The notes under the pieces: model-generated
The model's database searches: none
Told to the model about the DNA's origin: nothing
What the model saw: the letters and a program-made list of their open reading frames with translations, nothing else
NCBI RefSeq assembly: GCF_006345805.1
Contig: NC_043009.1
Coordinates: 14,384,001 to 14,448,000, forward strand
Length of the DNA: 64,000 nt
DNA from: Octopus sinensis
Taxonomy: Eukaryota
Direction of reading: 5' to 3'
Shown: in pieces, positions 26,101-40,620 of the stretch
Layout: each line of letters opens with the position of its first letter
Position numbering within the stretch: the stretch's first letter is position 1
Translations under genes and position numbers: made by a program

Positions 26101-27189
26101 CTCTGGCAATCAATATATTTTGAATTTCTGGGGCCTCTTTTCTCCTTCTTTGTAATTCCTTACGCTACAAGTGACCTCAATTCGTGCTCGAAACAAAATT
26201 GAATTAAAAATTATTACACTGCATAATAAGTATTGATCTTTAGATCTCACTGAACGAGGTACTAACCACAGAGCAGTGTTGATCAAAAATCTAATTTCAC
26301 AAGTTAAGATACTGACCAGGATACACTAAATTCAAAATTAGCAGGCTATCAAAGTTACAGAGGAAAGCTCAACATGGTCACTGGCATACCTAGGAATAAC
26401 AGTCGCATCGCTATCAAATATCACCCTACTGTCATCCATGTGATATATTGGATGCCTGGTTATAACCGTGCAAACATTTGTATTTTTATCAGCGATGAAT
26501 GTGTATCCTACGATACAGACAATGAAGCGACACTTTTCAATGCTGTATTGCCGTTAAAACAGCAGAAAAACTGGGTATCAATACGAAGAGGAAAAAACTT
26601 TTACGAAGAGGAAAAACCCACATTCCCCAAGTCATTGGCTGAGTGCTTTACCATGAAGCTAAACTGCCCGCTGACAACATTTTGGGCGATTTTAACGCTA
26701 AATAAATAGTTTATTGAAATGTAACAACCACATCTATTTATATATAATTGTATATACATGTATATTTATATTTACGTATGTTTACAAAGATCTACATGCA
26801 TGACACTGTATCAATACAAGACAGCTGTTTACTTTCCAGTGTTATTTTCGATCGCAGGTGTACACATCTTCGTAATTAAATCTAAATTTAGAATATTAAT
26901 CACAATTATATTTACATACACTTCAGCCCTATAATCACTGTAGTTACTCCAGTTGCTAAATAGAAAACCGACTCATCTCATGCGATCATGTTTATCGTCA
27001 CTGACTTTAAAAACACCGGACGTCGTTCAATACATGACCATTGCCCATTCATTCGGGGTTGAGGTGGGAATTAGGATTGACGGTCACCTTGAACGAGGTT
27101 TGCCTTCAAGTGACAAGTGATCAATCCTAAAGCGTGTAAAACTATACGTAAACTTGTGCTTTGCTCATGGCAGTGTTTTTGTAAGCTGT

Positions 27190-27340
27190 TTAAAGCATGA
27201 CAACTGCCCCAGCAGAAAACAGAATTTCATGGAAACACGCCGTTTCTTCGCTTCAGCCATCGAAGAAATCAACAAACAGGGTAGAAGCACTGCAAGACAA
27301 AAATGCATTGTGGGACATTACGACTCCACTGGAAGACACC
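27190..27340 (+). mobile_element. RTE-clade LINE C-terminal fragment
   Basis: AENRISWKHAVSS...RVEALQDK resembles the RTE C-terminal A.DR..WR.AV....FE..R motif. Confidence 0.5.
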
Positions 27341-27534
27341 GGTCGGCAGACTAATGCCCCAGGGCTGCATCAAGTGACATCTAGTGGTGGAAGCCTGAAC
27401 TACAACGGGCTTGTCCATAGAAAATGCTTCCGGTCACATTTGGGTACCTTTTCGTGTGTATGAGTATAAGTGTATGTGTGTGTGTGTGTGTGTGTGGATA
27501 TATATATATGCATGTATGTAGGTATGTATATATA

Positions 27535-27631
<97 letters not shown>

Positions 27632-27642
27632 ATATATATATA

Positions 27643-27696
<54 letters not shown>

Positions 27697-27921
27697 TATA
27701 TTAAATTAGAGATAAAACCACTATTAGGCAAATCATACAATGAAAAACTTAAGCCAATACATAATATTAATTAATTTATATTATTTTAAATATATATCAA
27801 AATTATTAAAAAAAGATAATTAGTATAACACTACGATCGTTTCATGGCTGTTCAATTCTTAAAACCTGAACGAGAGGAAAATAATGAACGCGATGTACAT
27901 GTATATCTAAATATACATATG

Positions 27922-27954
<33 letters not shown>

Positions 27955-28141
27955 ATATATATGTATATATATATGTGTGTGTGTGTATTCATAAATCAGT
28001 ATGTGTGTATATGTATAGCTCTCTTATCTGTTCTTTGATATCGAACTTGCTTTTCCTTCCTACACCCCAACTATCCGAATGCAAAATTGGCATGATTTAA
28101 TTTCTCTGTCTGAAGAATATCTAAAAGGAACTTCTTTCATG

Positions 28142-28365
28142 TACAATAATCCCTCACCATATCGCGGTTCACTTATCGCGGGTCACCTATCGCAGTTTAT
28201 TATTTAAGCTTACGACGATTCCTCCGTGATGTTGCCTAGCATTTATAATGAAATAAATATATACAAATTATAAAAATAAATGAATAAACAGTACAGTATT
28301 GTTTCTGCTTCTCGGATTTCCACGTTTTAGGACGTAACATCCGCGATAGTCGAGAGATTACTGTA
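28142..28365. mobile_element. Tigger/pogo-type (Tc1/mariner) MITE
   Basis: TA-bounded imperfect TIRs: TA|CAATAATCCCTCACCATATCGCGG ... CCGCGATAGTCGAGAGATTACTG|TA. Confidence 0.8.
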
Positions 28366-28750
28366 TATCAAATGTATTAAACTTTGTAAATCCTATTAGC
28401 AAATGAAGCATGTGCCTTGGTAAAGAAGTAGTACCAGTAAATGTTTCTACTTCCTGTTTTTTTATACTATAATTCTGCAAATAATATTTTCAGAATTTTC
28501 AACGTTCATTTGCACTTTTCACCTAAGCATCAGGGAAAGAATCTAAGTTTGGATTGTAATAACAGAATAAGCAGATGTGCTTCAAGATGAAACATCTAGG
28601 AGTTTGCCCTACCTATTTACATTATATGTATGTAGGTATGTATGTGAATATATATTCAGATATATATGTATTTATACATACATACATATATATATGTGGT
28701 GTATGATGTATGTATGTATGTATGTATGTATGTATGTATGTATGTATGTA

Positions 28751-28816
<66 letters not shown>

Positions 28817-29324
28817 AGCTTAGAGAAGAAGAAGAAACGAAACGAAACGAAACGAATCGAATCGACGCGAGGGCGCTTAGTTTTTAATTGTATTGTTTTT
28901 ACGTCCTGTTTTTGTCACATTTTTTTTCTTCTTTTTACCCCTCTACAAAGGAATTTTATTTAATTCTTTCGGCGGAAGGATTAGTTCGACGAGAGGTGTT
29001 CTGTCCTCACCTTCGAAACACGGTGGAGTTGAACTAGGGACAGCTGATGAACAGGGTTTTTCCTTGTGTAGTTGTCTTGTACTCTGTTTTTTCGTTGTTA
29101 AAAAATGGGCCGTTCGATGGTGTTTTTACTTTTTCGTTTCTCGTTGAGTTCTACGTCTATTTGTGGTGTCCTGTACACACGTATATATATTTATATATGC
29201 ATGTATATATACATGTAGATGTAGGTATGTACATATATGTTTGTATGTATGCATATATTTTATTTATTACACTATATATATATATATATATAATATATAA
29301 TTATATATATATATATATATATAC

Positions 29325-29719
29325 ATTCTTTTATTCTTTTACCGCTTTCTGTCATTTGACTGCAGCCATGCTGAAACACCGCCTTCAGTCGAACAAATCA
29401 ACTCAAGTATTTATTCTATCGGACTGTGTTGTAGCCAAACTGCTAATTTACGGGGATGTCAACACACCAACATCAGTTGTCAAGCGATGGTGGAGGAAAA
29501 CGGGCACCCATATATTTATGTATATCTATATGCACATATATGTACCACACACACACACACACTTATATACATACATACATACATACAAAGGCGCAGGAGT
29601 GGGTGTGTGATAAGTAGCTTGCTTAGCAACCAAATTGTTCCGGGTTCAGTCCTACTGTGTAGCATCTTGGGCCGACCAAAGTGAGTGGATTCGGTAGAGA
29701 GAAACTAAAAGAAGCCCGT

Positions 29720-29722
<3 letters not shown>
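29325..29722. mobile_element. SINE family A with head and tail in opposite orientations
   Basis: 29325-29500 is the tail half on the minus strand; 29588-29722 is the head half on the plus strand (AGGCGCAGGAGTGGGTGTGTG...), followed by (TA)n. Confidence 0.75.
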
Positions 29723-29809
<87 letters not shown>

Positions 29810-29828
29810 CATACACACACATATATTC

Positions 29829-29878
<50 letters not shown>

Positions 29879-29915
29879 TATATATATATATACATATATA
29901 TACATATATATATGC

Positions 29916-29965
<50 letters not shown>

Positions 29966-29985
29966 GTATATATATATAATATATA

Positions 29986-30031
<46 letters not shown>

Positions 30032-30072
30032 ATATAAATTGATCAAAATAAAAACATGATGCGAAGGATTCA

Positions 30073-30154
30073 GCGGTACATATGTTTCGGGCCTTTATTA
30101 GACAGATTTATTTATAACAATGCATAATGTATGTCTGTGGCCTTCTTCAGCCGC
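30073..30154 (-). ncRNA. Type I hammerhead ribozyme motif with palindromic stem III
   Basis: GCGG-CTGAAGA-A-GGCC..ACAGA(loop)TCTGT..GGCC-C-GAAA-CATATG-T-A-CCGC: 4-bp GC stem I, palindromic ACATATGT stem III, GUA triplet, predicted cut between 30077 and 30076. Confidence 0.7.
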
Positions 30155-30459
30155 GCACAACAGCTTCCACAAGGACATGTGTTACATCAAAAATTCTGGT
30201 TGGGGATGCAAATCCTCTCATTCGCGTACGACATAATGCGGCAGCAGCATAGAATTGAAGCGTCCATCTCTTTCTTCTCTCAATGTAGAATGAGGAAATT
30301 TGGATGTTGAAGTAATGTAAATAAATAAATACATATATAGATGTGAAGATGGAGGGGCGAGATTATCTATTTACAGATAGAAATATGCGTGTGTGTACGT
30401 GTCTCTTTACCAATCCATCTATCAGTCAATCTCACTCACTCTCTCTCTTTCTTTCTCTT

Positions 30460-30495
<36 letters not shown>

Positions 30496-31087
30496 TTAAA
30501 TGAGACTAATAAGGCATTTTACTTCATTTGCCTGCGAAATATTTTTTGTTTGGGTATTAAATTCTTTGATGAACAACATATTTATGTCTTCTCCGATATC
30601 TTGCTGCTAAAAACACACGTGTGTTCGGTCCCGTTCTTTAATGCCTGCCAATACGCATTTAAATATCTATACATAAAGAAAATTCCAGTTTTGTGTTCTA
30701 ATTTGATTTATCTTAGGGTAGTTTATACCAATATTTGAGAGTGGATACATATCTTTTTTATGATTTGTGTGTGTGTGTAAATACTTACATATGAAACATT
30801 TCTATGCATTCTCCCTTTTCTAATAAATTTGATACATGCAATAATTATGGCATGAATTATACATACCTGAATACACATACACACCCATACATGCATATAT
30901 GTGTATATTTGTGTGTGCGCGTATGTATGTACGTATGTATATATATTATATATATATATACATATATACATATATAAATGCATATAGATATATAAGCATT
31001 TATGTACATAAATATATATATATATGTATATATGTATGCATTTGTGTGCATGTAAGCATCTGTGTCATGTATGTATTATGTATGTGA

Positions 31088-31128
<41 letters not shown>

Positions 31129-31614
31129 GAAGGTATATATAATATATATATATATATTATATATATAACACACATATGTAATATATATATATCCTTAAAT
31201 CCTTAAAAATGTTTTAGCCCGAAGGCCGCGGCCAATATATATATACATATACATATACATACATACACACATACACACATACACATTAACAAACCACTTA
31301 TTGTATTGAGGGGGAGAATTATAGATCCAGGGAAGACGAATCACAAAGTAACAAAAAAAAAAAATCAGAGATAGACAGAAAATATCAGAGAAAAAAAAGG
31401 TAACAGTTGCGTAGGAAGACCGATATGGAGAATAAGAGAGAAAGTGTCACACAGACTGGTTTATGCATTCGTGTATTTTGAGTGTATACGTGAGTTTGTT
31501 TTTTGTGCATTCGTCTGTATTGTGGGGAGAGAAAGGGCAGCTATTGCTTGACTGGTTGACACAGCGTGAAGGAACTCGTGGATATTAGAACCAATGAAGC
31601 CATAGGCACCTAGA

Positions 31615-32002
31615 AGTGGAGGCGCAATGCCCCAGTGGTTAGGGCAGCGGACTCGCGGTCGTAGGATCGCGGTTTCGATTCCCAGACCGGGCGTTGTGAG
31701 TGTTTATTGAACGAAAACACCTAAAGCTCCACGAGGCTCCGGCAGGGGATGGTGGTGATCCCTGCTGTACTCTTTCACCACAACTTTCTCTCACTCTTTC
31801 TTCCTGTTTCTGTTGTACCTGTATTTCAAAGGGCCGGCCTTGTAACTCTCTGTGTCACGCTGAATATCCCCGAGAACTACGTTAAGGGTACACGTGTCTG
31901 TGGAGTGCTCAGCCACTTACACGTTAATTTCACGAGCAGGCTGTTCCGTTGGTCGGATCAACCGGAACCCTCATCGTCGTAACCGACGGAGTGCTTCCAT
32001 CC
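31615..32002 (+). mobile_element. tRNA-derived SINE family B, tail type 2, with 11-bp TSD
   Basis: Same head as 21849; TSD AGGCACCTAGA at 31604-14 and 32003-13; 3' stem-loop CGTC-GTAACC-GACG. Confidence 0.9.
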
Positions 32003-32298
32003 AGGCACCTAGATAGCCATAGACGCATAAATGAACTGTATAAATGAACGGTAATGAACTGAGGGATAGATGTGACACGCATTGAGAATACACACCCAAA
32101 CACATATGCATGTTATATATCTATTTTGTTTTTAGACGTATGTATAATCCTTTCTGTGCGTGCGTGTGTATGCGTATATAGACGTGTGCGGATATGTGCA
32201 TATATGGGCATGTGTGTGTGTGTCTGCGTGCATAAGGGTGTGTCCGTATATGAACGAGGGTTACTCTTTATACACTTCCTTATGCTTTTTTTCTGTAT

Positions 32299-32360
32299 AG
32301 AAACTGAAGAGATGGTGGTGTGGATTTCCACCTCGGCATCCGAAACTCAGAGTTTTATCT
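32299..32360 (+). ncRNA. Type I hammerhead-like motif, slightly degenerate
   Basis: CTGAAGA 32304-10; stem II GATG/CATC with inner GTGG/CCAC hairpin; GAAA 32342-45; stem III ACTC-A-GAGT; stem I AGAAA/TT(a)TCT needs one bulge. Confidence 0.55.
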
Positions 32361-32471
32361 TGGCTACCGAATAATTGTCACATATTATATTTACAGATAA
32401 TTTCCTCTATTTACATAATATTGAGGTCTCTTTGTTATCTTACCGTTTTTACCAAATATATATATTATAAG

Positions 32472-32511
<40 letters not shown>

Positions 32512-33791
32512 ATATACACCACACATATACATAGAGAGAGAGGGGGGAGAAGGATGAAAGAGAGAGGAGGAGAAAAAAGTGAGAGGGAACAGATAAAAGA
32601 GTGAGGTGAAGAGTGAGATGTTTGAGGCTTATTTTGCACGAAAAAGACACACACACATACACACACACATACAGTGGCACACTTACAAGAGCGCGCTTGC
32701 GAGCACGAATTTATTCGTATATATTGGAGTGTGTATGTGTGCTTGTGTGTGTGTGAGTACGTGTGTGTGTGTGCCTGTGTGCGTATGTCTGAGTACACAC
32801 ATATACAGGCACATATACATATATATATCTGTATACATATAGATGAGTATGTGTGTGTGTATGTATGTGTGAGTACGTGTGTGTGTCTGTGTGTGTGTGT
32901 GTGTGTGTGTGAGTACGTGGTGTGTGTGTGTGTGTGTGTGCCTCTGTGTGTGTGTGTGTGCATCCTCCAAGACAATCGGGTAAGCGTATCAGATACGAAC
33001 AAAATTAACAGTATCAGCAGCCAATCAGAGATCTACTACGTGGTCGCATGAAATGCTAGAAGTAGCAGCCAATCCACGACATCTTTCGCAGAAATACACC
33101 CTAGTGTCTAAAGAACCGAAAATAAGGACGTTCTGCGACTGAATATGCGACTAAATAAAAAATGAAAGTAAAATAACGACAGTAACAAGAAGGGGACGAG
33201 CACACACAAATCAGTTTCTAATACAATCTCGATGGTGGGAGGGATCGAATGAGCATTTCTATTGTCCCAGAGTTCAATAAACGAAATTAGGTACGAACAC
33301 ACCAAACTGTGTGCTCGTATCGATCTATTAGACCAATAAACTCCTTTATTATCATTATCGAATTATCAACAGTTAACATGTCAAACAGAGCCCCAGCTGG
33401 CTTATATAACAACAATAGCAACAACAACACTGAATCATGTGAAGATGTGTGTATTCGTGTTATCTGTGGACACACCCACCAGAATAATCATTGTCGTCGT
33501 TACAACCACAACTGTCGTCGTATTGACTATCTGTGACATTGTTTGGGATGGCAGGAATTTGATATGCTGATTGGTTGACAGGTGCGTTTCTCAGGTAAGC
33601 GGATGTATGTAAGTAACTGGAATGAGACAGGACTGTCTCTCAGTGTGCGTTCGTTTTCTCACTGGGATCAGTGTGCGGATTTCATTTTCAGGGGGCAAGC
33701 TATTATTTTGTTTCTTAAATTTACCTATGTAGCACACACATATATGTGTGTGCAGATGTAAATATATATATATATATATGTATATATATAG

Positions 33792-33827
<36 letters not shown>

Positions 33828-33994
33828 GATATATAGATATAATATATATATACATACATACATATATATATATATATAATATATATATATTATATACACA
33901 CACACATACACCACACATATACATATATACATATATACATATATATATATATAATATGTCTATATAATACATGCATATATATATAAATATACAC

Positions 33995-34027
<33 letters not shown>

Positions 34028-34029
34028 CT

Positions 34030-34075
<46 letters not shown>

Positions 34076-34102
34076 AAATTGAAAAAGGGTAGAAATTGAT
34101 TC

Positions 34103-34155
<53 letters not shown>

Positions 34156-34639
34156 TGTATATATATAGAGATAGATAGATAGATAGATACGAATATATAT
34201 ATATATATATATGTTATATATGATATAAATAGTATACATATGCATGTATACAACACGTATATATTATATGTGGATGTATACGTAAATACATGGATACACG
34301 TATATACACACACACATGCATACAAATATGCACGCACACCCATATATTCACACACACACATACACACACAAAAACACACATATATGTATACAGGTATTCA
34401 CATATGTATACACGAGTGTGTGTGTGTGTGTGTGTTTTTGTATTTGGATGGACGGATGTGTATTGACCGCATCATTGCACCACTCTACAAACATCTATAT
34501 AACCCCCACTCTTCACACATTCATGTGTATATAATTCTACACATACATACGCACACACGTTGTTGGTCTTTTTTTTCCCTATTTTCTGGTTTCTTTTCAG
34601 TTGTTGTTTTATTTCACCCATACCATTCCTCTTACAGTT

Positions 34640-34770
34640 ACTTCCTACGATAACTACTATCACGCCCCACAACCACAACCACCACGACCACCACCACGAC
34701 CACGACCACCACCAGCGCCATCGTCATCGCCACTACCACTACGACCACTATCACAACGACGACGACAACA

Positions 34771-34817
<47 letters not shown>

Positions 34818-34906
34818 AACTACTGCTGCTACTACTCCTACTACTACAACTACTACTACTACTACTAATACTACTAATACTACTACCACCACCACCGCCA
34901 CCATCG

Positions 34907-34954
<48 letters not shown>

Positions 34955-34990
34955 TACTGCTGCTGCTGGTGCTGCTGCTGCTGCTACTAC
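34640..34990. repeat. (CAC/GAC/TAC/TGC)n compound trinucleotide low-complexity tract
   Basis: Tandem trinucleotide arrays; explain the poly-V/L/Y ORFs. Confidence 0.9.
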
Positions 34991-36155
34991 CTCTTTCAAA
35001 TGGCAAGCTAAATGCTTATGAGATTTTAGTTATGTTCTTTTGTGATCTGTGTTCGAATCTGGCCAATGTCGACTTCGCGTATATATTCTTGCGGGCTCGA
35101 GGAAAAAAGGAATTATGATACTGCAATTTACTGGGATCAATCTAATCAACTTCGATCTTTGACACATTCTCTCAAACAGAATATTTTGTAGCATTTGTAA
35201 AAATTAGAGATCATGATCATCATCATTATCATCATCATCATCATCATGGCCTCTGACTGAACTTTAAGAGTAAATTAAGGGAGATAACTGTAGTGTGACA
35301 TATGTCTTTCTTGTGAGGACTTACAAAGTAACAGGAAACTGCTGACACCCACCACCACGCGACCACCACCACCGACAACAAAAACAACAACAACAACAAC
35401 AACACTACCACCAGCACCACCAGCACCACCACTACCACCGCAGCCGCAATATCTATCGTCATCATCATCATCATCATCATATCATTCTTATTATTATATA
35501 TTATTATTATATTATTATTATCATATATATATTATTATTATTTTTTTGTTATTAAGTATTATTATTATTATTATATTATTTTATTATTAATTATTATTAT
35601 TACTATCATTATATTATATTATTATTATTATTATTATCATTATTATTACTATTATTATTATATACTATTATTATTATTATTATTAATATATAATAATAAT
35701 ATAATAATAATAATAATATAATAATATAATAATAATAATAATAACAATGTTGGTTTTATTGCTTGGTGTACCCTTAATTCAAGTCTCCCCGTTCTAATCG
35801 AATCCTTCCAAACTCGACTTTCACTTTCATTGTCAACATGGTCCACCCATTATTCGACGGGAAGCAGGTACCCGACTGGATCGAACCAACTGCACTTTAC
35901 CCACACAACAAACATTTGACCTCTGTATCTGTTAGAAATTATAATAACAATTACCATAGTTATTGTTAGTCTCGAACCAAATGACACACTGTACTATTTT
36001 AACTACCGACGTTCTGCGATCGAGTCCTGCTGAAATCAAACGTTCACTTGTTGCAGTTTTTTTATTCATATCGGACGGCGATCGAGCAGACCTATACTTC
36101 TTGTATTTTAGGCATTGTTTATCTAGAAGTACATTGTTTAAATTGCTCGATTTAT

Positions 36156-36187
<32 letters not shown>

Positions 36188-37846
36188 GTTGCTATTTCTA
36201 GCGGATTGAACCAGCACAGGGAAGCTTTCACATGTGTTAAGAAATCGCCTACTGAGGAGTCAATCCGCTCGGATGTAAATTGCAACCACCCCCTCGCACA
36301 TCCACGATAAACAAATACGAAACTTTGTGAAGCATAAAAGACATCGTTATTAGCAACAATTATTACATGAACATCTATGTTTACTTACCCACGTTGATGA
36401 CCACTGGGCGGTTATGATCGATCTTGTTACCACTAGCTAGGGGCAACACGTAGCTCAGTGTTATGAAGGTAAACACATCACCTAACATGCTGGTCTCGGT
36501 TTCTGTTGCTGTTGTTGCTCTCGTTGGTGGCGCAGCAGCAGTATGTCAAGTAGTAGTAGTAGTAGTAGTAGTTGTTGCTGTTGTTGTTCTTGTTGTTGCT
36601 GGTTTATTTAGTAGCGAGAGGAAATTGTACTGGCGAATGTTATTGTTGTGTTAGATGTTGGTGGCGTCGCGTGTCGACTGGTCAGTGCACGCCCTAACTG
36701 GTCACAATCCTGCTTCGGTCTGTGCCAGTGGGTACTGGTATCCCACAAAACGGCGGCATAGTTCCAGTGTGTCTGCCGAGTGGAAGCGAGAAAAACAACT
36801 TGTCATAGTGTGTAGATATGCATTAAAGTACGGCGTGTGCATGTGTATGTGTGTGTATAATTCTACAAACATGTGCGTGTTTGTATATAGTTGTATAAAC
36901 TATGTAAGTGTGTAGTTATGTATAGTTGTGTAAAGTATGAGTGAGTGTGATAACGCCTGGTAGATATACGTTAGTGTATGATAGTGTGTATGTGCGTGTG
37001 TATATATGTATGTAGCAGATGCGCTCCTGTCTGTGTGTGGGTCAGTTTGCGTTTGACTATATAAGTGTGTGACATTTAGTGATCTTTGTGTGTGTGTGTG
37101 TGTGCGTTTACATGTATACATGTGCTGATGTGAGAAAGTGTGTACGACAGAATAATAAGTGTTTACGAGTTAGAACTCATCCAGAGTTAGAAATAAAGAG
37201 ATAGATAAAGGGAGAGTAAGAGAGAGAGAGAGAGAGGAGAGAGAAAGAGAGAAAGTGAGAATGATAGAGAGAAATAGGAAGTAAAAAGAGTAACAGAGAA
37301 AACGCAACCGAAGAATTACTTTAGTGTGTATGTGTGTTAGCGGCCAAATGTGTTGGTTGTGCGTGTTTAGGTGTGTGTGTTTGTGTGCGCGCACGAGTGT
37401 GAGCCTGTTTAATTGGGTGATATGGGTTGTGTGTGTGCGTGTGTGCGTGTGTGCGTGAGCTGATATGTGTGTGTCTGTGTGAGTTTATGTGAGTGTGTGT
37501 GTGTAATAATGTTTAATAATGTATAAGTATATATCAATTGCTAAGTGATGTTTCAGTGTTTGTGTGAGGGTATATGTGAATATGTGTGTGTATGTGTATG
37601 TGTGTGTGTGTGTGTGTGTACGTGTGTGTGTGTATGCGTGTGTATGTGTGTCACAGTAAGAGAAAAAAGAGAGTGAAAGAGTGAGCAAAAGAAGCGAGAG
37701 AGGCAGAGCGTGAGAGAGACAGAAAGAGCAAGAAAGATAAAGATAAAAAAAGAGAAAGAGAAAGACGGAGAGAGACAGAGGGAGATTGAATGACACCTAA
37801 TTTGTGCGTGTGTGTGTCCGTGTGTGCGCGCGGATCTGAGCGTACA

Positions 37847-37887
<41 letters not shown>

Positions 37888-38359
37888 TTGATACAATGTC
37901 GTTTTTGGATCTCTGTGTAATGATGCTTCTTTCCAAGAGAGTGTCGTCTGTGTCTTTGATAAAATATTTTTTGTGTTACCACTGAATGTAATTGTGTATA
38001 CTGTGAATAGGTGAGGGTATATACGTGTGTAATAGTGTGCAGGACTTTGGAAACGGTTGCGGATGTGTGCGCGAGCGTGTGTCCTGTTATGCCCCGTGTT
38101 TACGATAGGGTTTCTATGGAACTCTGTGTGTGTCTGGGTGTCTGTGTGTATGACTGTCTCTCACCCTTTCTCACCTTGTTTCTGCCACTCTCTGTACGCG
38201 TGTACACACAAACACACACACACGCAAACACATATGTACATACACACATGCATACATACATACGTATCTATCTCTCCCTCTCTGTCTGTTTGTCTATCTG
38301 TTTTCTGTCTGTCGGTCTGTCTGTCTGTCTCCTATCTCTATCTCTCTCTCTTCTCTCTC

Positions 38360-38405
<46 letters not shown>

Positions 38406-38436
38406 TATATATATATACTTTTTTACTCTTTTACTC

Positions 38437-38823
38437 TTTTACTTGTTTCAGTCATGTGACTGTGGCCATGCTGGAGCACCGCCTTTAGTCGAGCAAATGG
38501 ATCCCAGGAGTTATTCTTTGTAAGCCTAGTACCTATTCTATCGGTCTCTTTGCCGAACCGCCAGGTTACGGGGTATGTAAATACACCAGCATCGGTTCTC
38601 AAGCGATGTTGAGAGGAAAAACACAGACACACACACACATACACAGACACACACACACATATATACAACGGGCTACTTTCAGTTTCCGTCTACCAAATCC
38701 ACTCACAAGGCTTTGGTAGGCCCGAGGCTATAGTAGAAGACACTTACCTAAGGTGCCACGCAGTGGGACTGAACCCGGAACCATGTGGTTTGTAAGCAAG
38801 CTACTTACCACACAGCCACTCCT
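38437..38823 (-). mobile_element. tRNA-derived SINE family A, full-length copy
   Basis: Colinear with 671-1070. Confidence 0.85.
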
Positions 38824-39221
38824 AATATATATATATGTGTGTGTCTGTGTGTGTGTGCGTGTATACGTGTGAATGTCTGTATCTTTGCGTGTGTGTACGT
38901 GGGTCCTCGTGTTCGCCCTCCCCCCGCTTACGTACTGGTTTTGGTCTATTTACGTCCTCGTAGTTTAGCCATTGGGCAGAGCAGAGAAGAACAAGTACCA
39001 GCTGAAAAAAACTTAATGAATTTGGGAATTTGGGTTCATTTATTCGATTAAACACTTCAAGACGGTGCCCCAGCTGGGCTGCGATTGAAAGACTGCAACG
39101 AGTATAAGATCAGAAAGAATTTCTATATACATGCATACATACATGCATACACACATATATACATACATACATGTATATATACACATTATGCATACACACA
39201 CAACACACCACCACATATAAA

Positions 39222-39266
<45 letters not shown>

Positions 39267-39824
39267 TTTATTTTCTTTATCTTTTTGTTTATCTAGTTTC
39301 AGCTCACGAGCTGTGGCCATGCTGGGGCACCGCCATATATATATAAACTAGGCTTACAAAGAATAAATCCTGGGGTCAATTTGTTCGATTAAAGGCAGTG
39401 CTGAAACCAGTATAAGAATAAAAGAATATACGTATTATGTGTGTGTGTTTGTGTGTATGTATGTGTGTTTACACACACACAACACACACACACAACACAC
39501 ACACATCTATTCATATGTATGACGTGTGTGATTCTGACTGTCGGTCACTATCTTAATTTCTCTTCCTCTCCATTCAGTCTTCCATTCTCTGGTTGATTCC
39601 CCCCCCCACTCCATCTTTTACGCATACACATAAACACACATACACAAACACATACGCACACACGCACACATACACTCACAGACGCGGCTGCACACACACA
39701 CACACATGCACATGCACAGAAAAAAAAAGTCGCGCACAATTGCACTTCACTCAGCATATCCATCTCTCGTCCCCCTCTCTTACACACACACATATATATA
39801 TATATACACTCATATATATTTATA

Positions 39825-39890
<66 letters not shown>

Positions 39891-40232
39891 TATATATGGA
39901 TATATATTTATCTATCTATCTATCTATCATATATATATATAATATATATACAAATGTATATCGTCTCACATATCTACAAATGCATGTATGCTAGAGACAC
40001 AAATATCACACACACACTCACACGCATACACTCACATGTACACGATCATTACTTTAGTACTTATCAGCGCTATCGGGCGAATCGGTTGTTTGTGGCTTTG
40101 TCTGTGTGTGCGCCACAATGTATCTGGACTTGTAAATGTATTGCATTTCTTCGATATTCTCTGCGATAGTTTATGCTTTCTTAACCCTTGTGTGTCGCTG
40201 ATTCAGCAAACCTCCAGATAATAGCATCGTCA

Positions 40233-40620
40233 GTGAGCTGGCAGAATCGCTAGCGCGCTGGACGTTATGCTTAGCGGTATTTCGTCTGCCGCTATGTTCT
40301 GACTTCAAATTCCACCGAGGTCGACTTTGCCTTTCATCATTTCGGGGTCGATTAAATAATTACCGGTTACGCACTGGAGTCGATGTAATCGACTTAATCT
40401 GTTTGTCTGTCCTTGTTTGCCCTCTCTGTGTTTAGCCCCTTGTGGGTAGTAAAGGAATAGGTATTTCGGCCGTTGCTAAATTCCAAGTTCAAATTCCGTC
40501 GAGGTCGAATATACCTTTCATTCTTTTGGGGTCGATAAAATAGGTACCAGTTGAACGCTGGGGTTGATGTCATAGACACATCTCCTCCCACAAAATTGCT
40601 GCCCTTGCGGCAAAATCTTA
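40233..40620 (+). mobile_element. tRNA-derived SINE family C, with a second partial unit in tandem
   Basis: GAGCTGGCAGAATCG (A-box-like), GACTTCAAATTCC (B-box-like), central GCCTTTCATC.TT.CGGGGTCGAT.AA..AA.TACC; repeated from ~40470. Confidence 0.75.

Noticed and set aside
28835-28870. (GAAAC)n/(GAATC)n run or any spaced repeat as a CRISPR-like array
   Set aside because: A simple tandem repeat without spacers; no repeat-spacer array or cas-like ORF in the window.
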